Positions 12,114-24,300 of a stretch of DNA of 64,000 nt are shown here, one piece after another (the stretch's first letter is position 1; each line of letters starts with the position of its first letter). The notes below the pieces were generated by a model, which worked only from the letters and a program-made list of their open reading frames with translations, was not told the DNA's origin and did not search any database. The DNA comes from Cyanophora paradoxa CCMP329 (taxonomy: Eukaryota; Plantae; Glaucophyta): the NCBI GenBank assembly GCA_004431415.1, contig QPMI01000161.1, positions 148,461 through 212,460 of the forward strand, given 5' to 3'. The position numbers were made by a program, and so were the translations under genes.

Positions 12114-12514
12114 GCCCGGCGGCCCGCGGCCGGCGCACTTCCTTCGATCTCCTCCATGAGTCTCGCCTCGGCCCCTCACGAATCCGCCCGTCCCTCCTAC
12201 CGATTTTCCATCTCGAATCTTTCCTTCCCGGTCCTTTGCGCCGCCGCTCCAGCCCCTGTGCGTTCCAGTTCAACAAACCGAAACAATGGCCATTGTGCCC
12301 TCAGCTCAGGGCCCTAGAGCTCGAGCGTATTGAGCTGGCCGCATGCAAGCTACGGCCGCGGATCCGGACTCCGGGGGACCTGCGAGCTGGACTTGCAGCT
12401 GGAGCGTTCACTGTATTTTCGTATACACGCAGTTATAGGAAAGCATTGCCGTACATAGAGAGATAAGAGGATGATGTTACAAGAGGGGGGAGTGGGAGGG
12501 GGCGGGGGCGGGGG

Positions 12515-14976
12515 CTAGGCGATGTGGACGGGGGTGCGGAAGGGGGCGGGGCCGGCGGCGGCGATGCGGTCGAGGAGGGCCTCCTCGTCGGCGGGGTGCC
12601 CGCGCAGGCCGTAGTAGAGCAGCGGGGAGACCTCCACGCGCGGGTCCGCCTCGTCCACCTCCACCCTCGCCCCCAGCTCCACCAGCGCCCTCCTCTGCTG
12701 CTCCGAGAGCGCCGCCACCGCCTGCCCCACGCACCGAGCACCGAGAGCGGCTCAGTAGGCCTTATACTCTAGTTTATCAGCCCTAGCGCCGTGGCACGGA
12801 CCGTGGCCGGCGAGTCGGGCCCGGTCGCGTTCTTCACGGGGCTGAACTCGTCCTCCTTCTCCACCTGCATCGCCGCGAACGACTGGGCGGGACCCGCACT
12901 CAGACCCCCGAAGAAGCCCCGAAAACAGCCAGGCTCAAATCATTCACCTTGGAAGCCATGAACGCGTCGAAAATGAACTGCGCGGAAAAGACGGAGATTT
13001 CGGGCCGGGCGGCGGATCGGGAGTTCAGAATGAAGGCGACGGACCATCTCGCGCTTGAGGCCGTTTACGGCGGAGGGCTTCGGCTCCTCCACGCAGGGGA
13101 TCTTTTTCTGGAGGGGGCAGAGGGGGTCAGCACCGAAAGCGCTCAGGCGGGCGCGCAAGGCTCCTCAGACAGGGCTTAGGCCTAGTCAAGGCCTGCAGGC
13201 GCTGGCCCTACGCCAAGGACCAAGGCCGCAGGCCTCGGAGGGGACTGCAGACGGAGCCGGGGGGTGTGGAGGAGGGGGAGGGGTGGGGGGGAGTGGGGGT
13301 GGGGTGGGTGGGGTGGGGAGGGAACGGGGGAGGAGGGGAACCTTGGCGAAGTGGTACGGGAGCTTGTTGTTGGCGACCTGCTCCAGGAACTCCACGGCTG
13401 CGGCGACGTGAGCCCCGATCTGCTGCCATCTCGAGCTCGAGGGCGGGGCGGGGCGCGAACTGAAGGCGTGGATGCAGACGTTGGCCGCGTTGTAGACCAG
13501 CGCCCCCGTCTTCGCGTCCCTCGCCGCCGCGAGCTCCCCCGGGATCTCTGCCGCGAACAAAGCTCGGGCCGGGGGCGAGATGAGGGGGGCGACGCAGACG
13601 GGGGCGTGCCGCTGTACTCGAGGACGCGGGTCCTGCGGGCGGAGTCGAGGGCGAGGACCCCGCAGGGCTCCTCGGGGACCTTCTTCTCCACCACCTTCGC
13701 CGCCGCCTCCACCCTCCTCTCCCAGCAGAACCCCAGGAAGACTGCGCCCAAATTCGATCCCCGAGCAGCGCGCCGCAATGCATCCCAGCGCTCGGGGGGG
13801 GGGGGGGGGGGCCGAGGGCACGTACTTGGGTCGGCCACTGAGCAGAGGATGTTGTCGACGCAAAACACGTGCACAAGATCGATGCCTGAGGAGACGGGAT
13901 CAGGAGCCGCGCACGCACACAAGCGCATCGACGAAGGGTAGCAAAGCAAGTGGGGCACCCCGCTTCTTCATGTCAGCGAGCGCTTTGGAGTGCAGGAGCG
14001 ATCCGTAGATGCCACCCTGCCGTCATATTGCACTTCAACTGCATGACCCGAGGACTCGCAGAGGGAGGGCGGACGTTTCCGTTGGGGCTGGTGGAGATCT
14101 TGGACTTGGAGTGCATCAAGATCTGCAGACGCGAGGTCGGTCGGTCACGGCCGGCCGCTCAACGACCTCGACGGAGGACAGTGGGGCAGACGGCGGGCGC
14201 GCCTTGCCATCGAAGGAGATGCAGGGAACCTCCGTCTGGGCGAAGAAGAAGACCTGGTCGCGGCGCAGCCCGAAGAAGGCGTGCTCCTCGAAGAAGCGCT
14301 CCGTCACCGCCTGGTTGTCGCTGCACATAATGTACCACATGATCGGAGCCGCCTGCGAGCCGTTCGACGCCGCCAGCGCCTGCAGCCGCAGCAGCCGCTC
14401 CGCCTGGATCTGGAAGAGGCTGCGCGCGCGCGGCGCTCAGGCCACGGGCGCGACTCGCGGCGGGGGCTTGCGGACCTCTTCCCACTCTGCAGACCGAGTG
14501 GCATCGTGCCCTTGGGCCCGTCGTATCCGAGCCGAGAGCCCTGGCCGCCAGCAAGGACCTGCACGGAAGGAGCAGGTCGGCTCGTGCGCCGCGCGGTGCC
14601 GGAAGAGCGGGAGGGGTTGCCGCACCAGCGCGGCCGCCTTGCCCTCGCGCAGAAGCTTCAGTCCCTGAACCAGCCAGCGGGCGCGCGTGGCCGGCTCCAC
14701 GTTGCGCAGGACGGTCAGATCCGAGAACGGCTGGATTCCCTGCAGTTGCCCCGTCGGCGCGGCCGCCGAGCTGCGGTACTCTTCGACCGAACGCGCAATG
14801 TCCTCCAGCTCGCCCGTCGACTCAATGACCGCCGCTTGGGCGTACAAGGCGCTTGCGTCCTCGGCGCTCAACTGGTCGACGTGGGCGAACACGTGCCCCT
14901 GGCCGGCCTTCTCGAACGCCGCGCGCAAGCGCTGCGCTTCCGTGACTTCGATCGCCGGCTTGCCCATCTGAGCCAT
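12515..14976 (-). CDS. UAP1: UDP-N-acetylglucosamine pyrophosphorylase, multi-exon
   Basis: AGQGHVF, VLAGGQGSRLGYDGPKG, VHVFCVDNIL, RVLEYSE, NGLKREM/FIFDAF, EEFSPVKNA, VEVSPLLYYG. Confidence 0.92.
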
Positions 14977-15310
14977 CTGTACGTTAGAGCGCGCAGCGAG
15001 TTCCCAGCTGCCCGGCGGTGGCGAGGCTAACCTTCCCGATGCGCTTTGCAATTGCGGCGTAAAAAGCGCCAGGCTAAGCTTCGCCTTCGGGGCCGGAAGA
15101 GGGCCGCGAGTTGCAATTGACGCGCGCGACTTGACGACGCGGAGCTTAGAGCTTGGCGACTTCACGAGAAGCCGCAGGCCCTGATGCAGACACCGAATGC
15201 GAATTTAAGCTGGAGACCGCTTCTGGTTCCAGCTGGAAGTTCTGGTTCTTCGAAATCAGTAGTGTACCCCGACAAACGGTGCCTCAGCCGCGCCTGACGC
15301 GCGATGAAAC

Positions 15311-17401
15311 ATGCGATTGCGCTGGAGCAGCTGCACAGAGAGCGGCTCAACCGATTCGAGCGACGCGCCAGCATCCCCCTGTGCGACCCAGCTGGGCTGG
15401 TTGCCGAGCGTCGCTGACCGCCGCGCGGTTCGCAGCAAGGATGTGCTAAACCAGTCCCTCAACGATGCAAGCCGCATCGAGTCTGATGACGAGTCGGACA
15501 ACTCGGTGCGCAGCTCGTCGAATTCAAATGCTGCGCCGCAGGAGGCTTAGCTGCGCCGCAGGAGGACATTGAGGACGTGTACGAGGAGCTCGCCAAAAGC
15601 GAGCAGATCGTCGGGGTGAGCCGTGCAGCCGGCCCGGCGCCGCAGCCGGCCACCGACCTCCGCGCAGGGCCGCGTGGTCGTGAACTACTCGCCGGGCCGC
15701 CTTTCTAGGTCGCGCTCGCGCTCGGCGGCGCCTTCGGCGGCGGCGACGCCCCTGCGGCCGGCACCGACGCCGGTGCGGGCCGCGGCGGACCGCACGCCGT
15801 CGCGCTCGGAGGCGGGGCCGGCCTCGGCGCGGGGTGCGAGCCCGGGAAGGCGGCGGGCGCACTTCGCCGGGGACGACGGGTCGGACTCGGACGGCTTCCT
15901 GGACTTCGTGATGGAGCTGAACCGCAAGGCCGCCTCGTCCTCCTCGCGGCGCGGCTCGGGCGCCTCGGGCTCGGCGGAGTGGGCCGAGCAGGGGCGCGAC
16001 GAGGAGGCGGCGTACCGGCAGGCCCTCCGCGACATCTACGGCGACGACCGCTTCCACGTCCTCTCCCACCACTCCCACCACACCCACGCCGCCCGCGCCC
16101 CCTCCCCGGGCCCGCCCGGGCCCCCCCACGCCTCCCCCTCCTTCCTCTCCGCCCCCGCCCACCGCTCGCCCGCCGCGAGCCCCCTCCGCGCCGCCCCCGA
16201 CGAGTCCATCCTCGGGTACCGCACCGACGTGGGCCCGTCCACCCCCCGCGGCTTCCCGTCGGCCGCCGAGGCGCTCTCCTTCGCGGCGACGGGCCGCCCG
16301 GCGCCCTCGCCGGCGCGGCCGCCCCGCTCGGCGGCGGCCTCGGCGGCCTCGCCGGCGGCGGCTGCGAGGGCGGGCGCGCCGGAGGTGGGCGCCGCGCTGG
16401 AGGAGATCCGCCGGCAGCTCTCCGACGTCGCCGCCCTCGTCCGCGAGCGCCGCCCCGCCCCCTCCCCGGCCCCCGCGCCCCCTGGGCCGAGCCGCCCGAG
16501 CCTCCCCGCGGACGCCCCGCACGCCCTTGGCGGCAGCGGCGGCGGCGGCCGCGCGCTCTGCGGCCGCCACGCCCTGGAGCGCGGCGTCGGCGGCGGCGTC
16601 GGCGGCGGCGGCGGCGGCGCGGGACCGCAGCAGGAGCAGGAGCCGCGGGCGCGACCTCAGCGGCCTGGAGCTGGGAAGCGAGCTCGGGGTAAGCAGCTCC
16701 AGGCTCCACGAGCACAGCCACAGCCACAGCCAGAGCTACGGCCAGGGACACAGGCACGGCTGCCGCGTGCACGGGCACGGGCAGGGGCCGGGGGAGGGGC
16801 GGGAGGGCCGCTGGCTGGAGCACGCGGAGCGGCACCTGGCGGCGAGCGAGGAGCGGCTGCGGCGCGCGCTGCAGCGCCGCATCGACGACGAGGCGCGCCG
16901 CACCGACCAGCGCTGGCGCAGGGTCCGCCCCTTTCCCCTTCTCGTCATCTCTTCCCCGCCCTCGCTCACGCGGGACGGGGCGGGGCGCAGCTGGAGGAGC
17001 AGGTGCGCAAGTCGGCGGAGGAGGCGGCGGCGGCGTGGCGCACGGGCGGGCGCGCTGCGCAGAGCCTCGAGCAGCTCGAGGCCTCCAACCGCCTCCTCCG
17101 CGCCGAGCTCGCCCGCCTGGCCCGTACCCCCCTCCCCTCTTTCCTCCGTTTTCGCCGTCTGACGCCCGCGCAGCAGCGGGCCATCGCGCGGGGCGGGCGC
17201 CCCCGGGCCGACGACGCCTCCCCCTCCTCCCCCTCCTCGGCGCCCCGCCGCCGGGAGCCCCCCTCGTACGCGTACGCGTACGCGTACCCCCCCGGGAGGA
17301 GCCCGCGGGCGGCCCGGGCCCGCGCCGGCGTCGCGAGGCCGGCGAGTGCGGGCCGCCCGGGGCGCGACTTGGGATCGAGCCCCCTGCGGCCCTGGTACTA
17401 G
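15311..17401 (+). CDS. Uncharacterised Ser/Pro-rich coiled-coil protein, multi-exon; start uncertain
   Basis: Coding-like segments (EDIEDVYEELAK, DGFLDFVMELNRK, LEEIRRQLSDV, LEQLEASNRLLRAEL) separated by gt..ag introns; no family recognised. Confidence 0.5.
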
Positions 17402-17426
17402 CCCGGATGTGTGCAAGAGCCCGTCC

Positions 17427-17662
17427 CAGAAGAGGAAGCCGGGTGGCAGGGGACGGGGAGGGCGGCGCGGAGGCGGGCGGCGGCGGCGCGGGCGGCGAGG
17501 ATGTGGGGCTCGGGGGCGTCGAGGGGCAGGGGCCGGGGCCGGGGCCCGGGGAGGCCGAGGGCGTCGAGGGCGGCGGCGGCGGCGCGCAGGCCCGTCGCGG
17601 CGGCCTTCTCCTGGGACCAGGCGTCCTCCATGCGGGCCCCGCCCCGGACCCAGTCGCCGGCG
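17427..17662 (-). pseudogene. Inverted duplicate of the desaturase last exon (source 7070-7306)
   Basis: Near-identical sequence encoding AGDWV..MEDAWSQEKAAATGL..; a 1-bp deletion and loss of the stop codon. Confidence 0.9.
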
Positions 17663-17944
17663 CCCCGCGAACTTCGGAATAAGTTTGAAGGCTTAATCCA
17701 GTGACTAGTAAATTTAATTCACGGTGAACTTAGAATATATTGCAGAAGTATATAGCAAACAGAAGCCAACATGTACAGCCCTTATCCGGATCCTCGAGTT
17801 CGCGATCGAGCGATAAGAGGGACGAGTTCGGAGCGGAATCGAAATGTCCTGGCCTGCTACCGCCCGGGGCCGGCCGTCGCAGCCGGAGGCGGCCCGGGCG
17901 CTGCTCTAGCTAGCTAGGTCGCGAAAGTGGAGCGAATCGAAAGT

Positions 17945-20767
17945 TTATAGAGAGAAGCGGACTGGCTGGCGATCGCGTGTGGCGGCTCGGACCCGACCCG
18001 GGTCCTCTGGCCACCCGGCGCGCGGCGGCGGCCCGCTCAGTGCTGGGCGGTCTCCTCGGCGGCACCCTCCTCCTGGGGCGACTCCGACCTGATCGAGATG
18101 TAAAGTCCGGTTAGAAGCGGCCGGAAGCACTCAGCTTGAGGGGAGGGCGCAGCGCGCACCGGCGGCGGCGGATGCGAACAGCGACGAACGCAACGGCGGC
18201 TTATCCGTGGTCAGTCAAACACGTGCACTCAAGAATCACGCGGCAACCGGGGATTCACGTACCGAGGAGGGCGGCGCCGCCGACGCCGCCGACGACGCCC
18301 GCGACGATGGGGACGGTGGGGACGGAGGCGGCGGCGGCGGCGGTCGAGCCGCCCTGCAGCTGCTGGCCGTCGCCGCCCGAGGGCGCCGGCGTGGGCGTGG
18401 GCGTCGGCGTCCCCGCCTTCCCGTCGTCGTCGCCCGGCTTCAGCGCGCCGGCCCTGGAGGCGGCGAGGTCGAAGGCAGGGCGAGCGGGCTCAGGCACGCG
18501 GGAGAAGGTGGAGCGCAGGGCGCACGGGGTGGGGGACGGGGTGGCGCTGGCCGTGGGCGAGGGCGTCGGCGTGGGGCACGTCGGGAGCTGGTCCGGGCGC
18601 TGGCCGGCCCCGCTCAAGGCTTGCGTGCTCGATTCGGCATTCAAATTCAAATTTTCAAATTCGAACCTGGACGGCGCCGTTGAGGATGAAGTCGGCGGGG
18701 ATGCCGTACTCGCCGTCGGCGCTCGCCAGGAAGGCGTTGAAGACCTGTCGCACGTTAAGCTGGATGCTATAGCTGGATGCCTGAGCCCGCGGCGATGCTG
18801 ACCAGCGCACGGAGCTGCAGCGCCACCCGCTGCGCACGAAGGCGTGAGGGGGATGGGTAGTGCAAAGCATGGGCAGGGGGTACGGGGGTACCGTGAATAT
18901 GACGGCGGTCTCGCCGCTTCCGCCGAGCGAGCGGCGGCCCTCGCGGATCGGGAAGACTGCGCGGCAGCGCGTCAGCGGGACGGAGGGGGCTGAGCAGGCG
19001 GGGGGTGCGGACACTGGGTGTCGTCGCCGAGGCTGAAGGGCTCGGTGCGGGTCACCTGCGGACGGAGGGAAAGCCAGCTTCATTCGAAGTGGGAGGGAGC
19101 ATTTCGGAATAAAGTACGGTGGTGGTGGCGTTCTGGAGTTCGTCGAATACGCGGTCGAAGAACTTCTTGGCGCCCGTCAGCGAGATCGCCACTTTCTGCG
19201 CCCGTGGACCACGGCGCAGGTCAGATCAGATCCGAAGGAGGAGGAGGGGGGGGCTGCGAGGGAGACGATCCGGAGCGCACCGGGGGCTCGCACTGCGCCG
19301 CGAACGAGGTGGTGGGCGCTCAATTCGACTCTGTACCCCCGTCGCGGGGCGCGGGCTCGGGCTCGAACCTGGGTCGTGAAGTCGACGGAGAGGCGAAGGG
19401 AGGTGAGGGACATGTCTGGTGGCGGGCCTCAGAGCGGACGAGGAGCGGCGCGAGCGCTGGGCGCTGAGCGCGGGGCGGGGCGCAGCGGACCGAAGTAGCG
19501 CAGCGGGTCCGCGTTCGCCGCGAAGTTCTCGCACCTGCGCACCCGAGCCGGCGTCAGGTGCCCGCTTCTGAGAGATTCGGAGGCGGCGATGGCGCACGTG
19601 ATGACGGCGGTGTTGGGGAAGGAGATGCAGTCGCTGATCTTGCAGTAGGACGGCAGCGTGAAGTTCCCGCACCTGCACGCGCCGCCCCCTCAGAGGGCGC
19701 AAGGGGGGGGCACGAGGGGGAGCTCGGGGGGCGCGCTGGAGGTTGTCCTGGAAGCGTGAGAAGGCGGTGGCGGGGTTCATGGCGCCCGCCGTGGCGCTCG
19801 CGGGGGCGTCGATGCGGATCGCCCCCGAGCGCCCCACCGCCTGCACGCCCTGTTGGTGGAGGGGAGCCATGTGGGGTGGGCGGGGCATGGGGTCGAGCGA
19901 GCGCGGTCCCAGCGCGCGGCGCGGGGCGATCCAGGGCGCCTACTCCGCGTACGCACGATCGTCCCGTCGTCGGTCACGGCCTCCACCTGCCGCGCCGCGC
20001 CGCGCGGCGTCAGCTCCCGGAGTCCGCTGCACCAGGGCCGGCGAGAGGCGGCCGAGCGGCTCGCCTGGACGTAGTAGTCGTTGCCGCGGGGGATGTAGAG
20101 GGGGAGGGGCGGGGAGCTGTAGAAGCCCGTGTTCTGCGCGCCCGGCCGAGGCCGTGTCGGCTGGGCGGGGGCGCGCGCGGCCCGCGGCGGGAGTGGCCCA
20201 CGGGGACATCCTTGCCGATGACGGCGTAGCTGCAGGCGCGAGCCGCCGCTCAGCGATCGCGCGCGCGAGCACGCGCACGCATTCCGGGCGCGCGCGGGCC
20301 GGGCTCACATGCGGTTCTCATAGAGGCTGCTGTTCCTCCGCAGCGTCAGCGTCGCCGTCTGGACGGTGTCGAAGGCTGCCAGACAGGCGTCAGGCGCGGA
20401 TGCGGAAGGCGGCCGCCGCGCGGCCGGCGGGCGGCGCTCACAAACGCCTGGTCCAGTCCACACAGAATACAGGCCTGCGCGCCGAACCAAGTGAGCGGGG
20501 GCGGGCCCGACGGGCCGGGCGCTCGATCGTTCCGGAATGTGGCCGCATGGCGGCGCGCGCGGGCGGAAGAGCGCAGCGCACCAGCGCCGGCCCACTGGAC
20601 GTCTAGCCGCTCGTCAGCGACGCGAAGCGCTTGCGCGGGATGGGGCGGGTGCGAGCGCGGAAAGGGCGCGGACCGCCTTGCCTTGGCGTGCTGATCGTAT
20701 ACGTCGCGGCGGATACTGCCTGGACGAGCGCGACGGCGAGCAGAAGAGAGACGGAAGCGCGCCGCAT
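17945..20767 (-). CDS. Type I membrane/secreted protein with many small exons; 3' end approximate
   Basis: Signal peptide MRRASVSLLLAVALVQAVSA, Cys-containing ectodomain, PT/PS stalk, TM VPIVAGVVGGVGGAALLG followed by RIRRRR. Confidence 0.65.
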
Positions 20768-21355
20768 GGCGAAGCGCGGAATGCTGAGCTGAGCGGCCGC
20801 GTGCGGTGTGCGCGTGCGACTGGCGGCGCGTGCGGGGCGCGGCGGATGGCGGCTGCGCGGCGTCCCCGCTTAGCGAGCGGTCTGGGAGCGCTAGAATGGG
20901 ACCGCGGCAGCTCGGAATGGGCTCACCTCGAAGGTCAGACTGCGGGAATGGGGGGCTCGACTCGGCGAGCGACGTCGACGAGTGATTCGAAATGCCGACC
21001 CAAACGCGACTGTACCCCGCCTAGTCGACAGCCGTACCCCGCCACCCCTCAGCGCTGTACCCTCAGACAGCCCTGTACCCACGACAGCTGCAGCGACAGG
21101 GCTGGAACGTGCAATACGTGCGGTTTTCAAGTTTCAGGGCTGGAATGTGGTTTTTCGCTGCAGCTAGCGCTGGTCGCCGTGACTGAATTCTCTGACATTG
21201 GGCTGCACATGAATCAAAAAACATGCCGCAAATCGATATCAGGGGCTCAAAATTAAAATCTGTACAACATAAAGCCAGGAATCTTATATGGGTGAGGCCG
21301 GACTCCGGGATGCTCCCGGGGCCTCCCCCCGCAGGGCCCTGTGCGCCTCCCCGGG

Positions 21356-24300
21356 CTACCACCAGACGGGGCAGCGGTCGGCGACGCGGTTCATCTTCGA
21401 GGCGGCCGGGCAGTTGAACGCGTTCTGCGGCGCGCCGCGGGAGACGATGAGGCGGAGAGCGGCGGGGCGCACGGGGGATGCGTGTGATCACGAGGCGAGG
21501 GACCGACCTGGAAGGCCTGGAAGCCGCCGAGGGGCACGTTGCAGCGCACGGGGGGCGGCGAGTGCGGGTTGTCCCGCACCAGCGTCCTGCCCCGCCCAGC
21601 GATCAGCGGGGGATGCCCCGGGGGATGGCGGGTGGCGGGGAGGACCTGAAGTGGGCGGCGGTGGAGGCGAAGCACCACTGCTGGCCGTACGAGACGAAGA
21701 AGAACTGCTCGTCCGTGAGGCCCTTGAAGATCGAGGGGCCATCCGGCCCCGCTGCCCCCGCGCCGCGTCAGAGGGGCGGCGAGGGGGGGCAGGAGGGAGG
21801 GCCGGGGCGGGGCGGACAGAAGCCCGGGGTGCCGCGGGAGGCGGCCTCGGCGGCGGCGTCGAGGTAGGCCCAGTACGTCAGCTGCCGCGGCGCGCCGGCG
21901 AGCGAGGTCGGAGTGGGGTCGGGGGGCGGCGGGGCGGGCAGGAGGGACCTGGAGGCCGCCCCAGTCGGCGACGTTCTCCCCCAGCGTGTTCGCCCCGTCC
22001 ACGTAGAGCCCGGGGATCACCTGCGCGGCGCGTGAGGCCGGGATCGGGAGCTCGGGGGGCGACGGGGCCGGGGCGGACCTCGGCCTTGTTGTAGAGGTCG
22101 ATGACGCACTTCTGCTGCTTGCGGTAGGCGGCGGCCACCTTCTTCGGCATCCAGTGCGCCAGCCGCCCCTCCGCGTCGTACAGCGACCCCTCCTCGTCGT
22201 ACCCGTGCGTCACCTGCCCTCGTTCAAGCGCGCGAGAGCCGGGGGGGGGGAGGGGAGGGGGGGTAGGGGATCGGACCTCGTGGCCGACGGTCATTCCCGT
22301 GACGCCGAACTGGGCGGAGGGGGGGTACTCGGCGTCGAAGTCGGGGTTCTGGAGCTGCCCCGCCGGGATGACCTGCGGGGTGCACCGTCGAAAAGAGGGC
22401 GGGGGGAAGAAAGCGGAGGGGGGGGGGGGGGGGGGGGGGGAACGGCTGACCATGATGTTGGTGGGGTCGTAGTAGGCGTTCACCGTCGGCGGCGTCATCG
22501 TCCACCTGCGCGGGGCGCAGGTGAGGCGCGAGGTCGGAGGAGGTCGTTCTCGGGCCGACTCTCTTAAACGCGTTCGATCTACCCGTCTTCCGGCCGCGCA
22601 GGATAACACGACTATGGCTATGAGGGCCATCATCCCGAGTTCAAGCGAGGGGGGGAGGCGAGGGGCGCGGGGCGGGGAGCACCGGTTGAGGTCTGCGGCC
22701 TTGCCGACCTGGCGGATGAAGTCCACGTACTGGAACTTGCGCACCTGTCTCCCGGGGGCGCGGTCAGTCGGGGGCCCGGGGCGGGTCGCGGGGGGCGCGG
22801 GCGGGCCTTCATGGTGGACTCGACGAGGGCGTCGGCGGTGATGTGCAGCGCGTCGAACGTCGGCCACCGCTCCGGGTACCCGATCTGCGCCCGCAGGCGG
22901 CCCCCGCCCGGGATCAGCGAGGGAGCGAGGTGGAGGGGCCGAGGGGCGGCCGCGGGGGCGCCGGCGCGCCATGTTCTGCATGTTGGCGAGCTTCTGCTTG
23001 GCCACGCCGATCGTGAACTCGTCCATCCACTTCACCTGCCGCCCCCGCGTGACCGTTTGGACGAGACGAAGCACCAGGAGTCTAGCCTGGCCTAGCGCAG
23101 CCGCTCGGCGCTGGGCGCGAGTGCGGGCGGCGGGGGCGAAGTGGAGCGGGGTGGCGCTGGGAGGCTGGGGTGGCGCCGCACCTCGTCGACGTGCTTGAGG
23201 AAGTTCTCCTTGATGCGGGCCACGATGCTCGTCGCCCCCGCCTTCTGCTCCTCCCCGAAGTGCTTCATCACCTGCGCGCAGCGCGGGGCAGCTGGTCGGC
23301 CCCCGCGCGCGCCACCCAGCAACCCAGCCAGCCAGCTAGCTGCCGCGGTGGCTCGACAGGGAGCGGGGGCGCACCCAGTAGTGGCCGAGGAGCTGCCCGA
23401 TCTCGCTGTCGGCGAACTGGACGCACAGGAAGTCCCGCGACTGCATCTGTCGGGCCCCGGCGTCGGCCCCGGAGCGCGCGGCGAGCCACCGAGAGGAGCC
23501 GGCGAGGCGCGAAGGGGCTCTGCTGCGGCTCTGGGGCGGCTGCAGAGAGAGGCGGACCTTCTCGGAGCCGTCGAGCACGTGCTGGAAGAACCACCAGTCC
23601 TCCTCTGCGCACACGCGAGGCATCTTGGTCAGACCCCAGCGAGCTAGAAGACACCCCCCTGCTCTACGCTTCACGCGCGCCGTCGATCCCTTCTTAGATC
23701 GGCTGCCACGCTTGGCGGCGTGTGAGGGGGGCGCCGGCGGGGGCGGGCGGACCGGCGATCTCCTTGGCCATGAACTGGGCGTAGCTGTGGACGACGTACC
23801 AGCGGAAGTAGGCCTTCACCTCCTCCGCCTTCGCCCTCGAGATGATCTGCCCCGCCCCCGCGCCCCCGCCGCTCACCCCGGGCGGACTGGAGGGCAGCGG
23901 ATGCGGGGCGCGGCGGGGCGGGCGCACGCGGTTGAGCTTGTCGAGGTACTTGGGCGTGTCCGACTCGATGTCCTTCGCCTTGTCTGCCCCCCCGGGATGT
24001 GAGCAAGGCAGCGGAGAGCCCCGGCGCGAGGCCGCCCCAAGGAGCCGCCGGCGTCCCTTCTAGCCCTCCCTACGCCCCCGCCCCGGGGCGCCGCCCCGCC
24101 GCACCGTTGCCGGCCGAGGCGAAGAAGGTCTCCCAGGGGATGTCCGGCGCCCGCGCCTTCAGCCCGTCCATGTTCAGCCGGTGGTACGCCTGCGAGCCCG
24201 CCGCCCGCCCGCGGTTAGCACGGCCGGCGAGGCGCGGGTCTTAAGGTGGCGCTGGTGAAAGCTAGGTCAGAGCATTTGTCTCAGCACTGCGTCCCACGGA

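Noticed and set aside
21010-21090. Cluster of tgtaccc/gacagc motifs
   Set aside because: Short and irregular, and gtaccc is common throughout the window
22418-22440. Poly-G tracts (also near 10326, 13794 and 63392)
   Set aside because: These are C-runs on the sense strand of introns, a general feature here; homopolymer lengths are also error-prone
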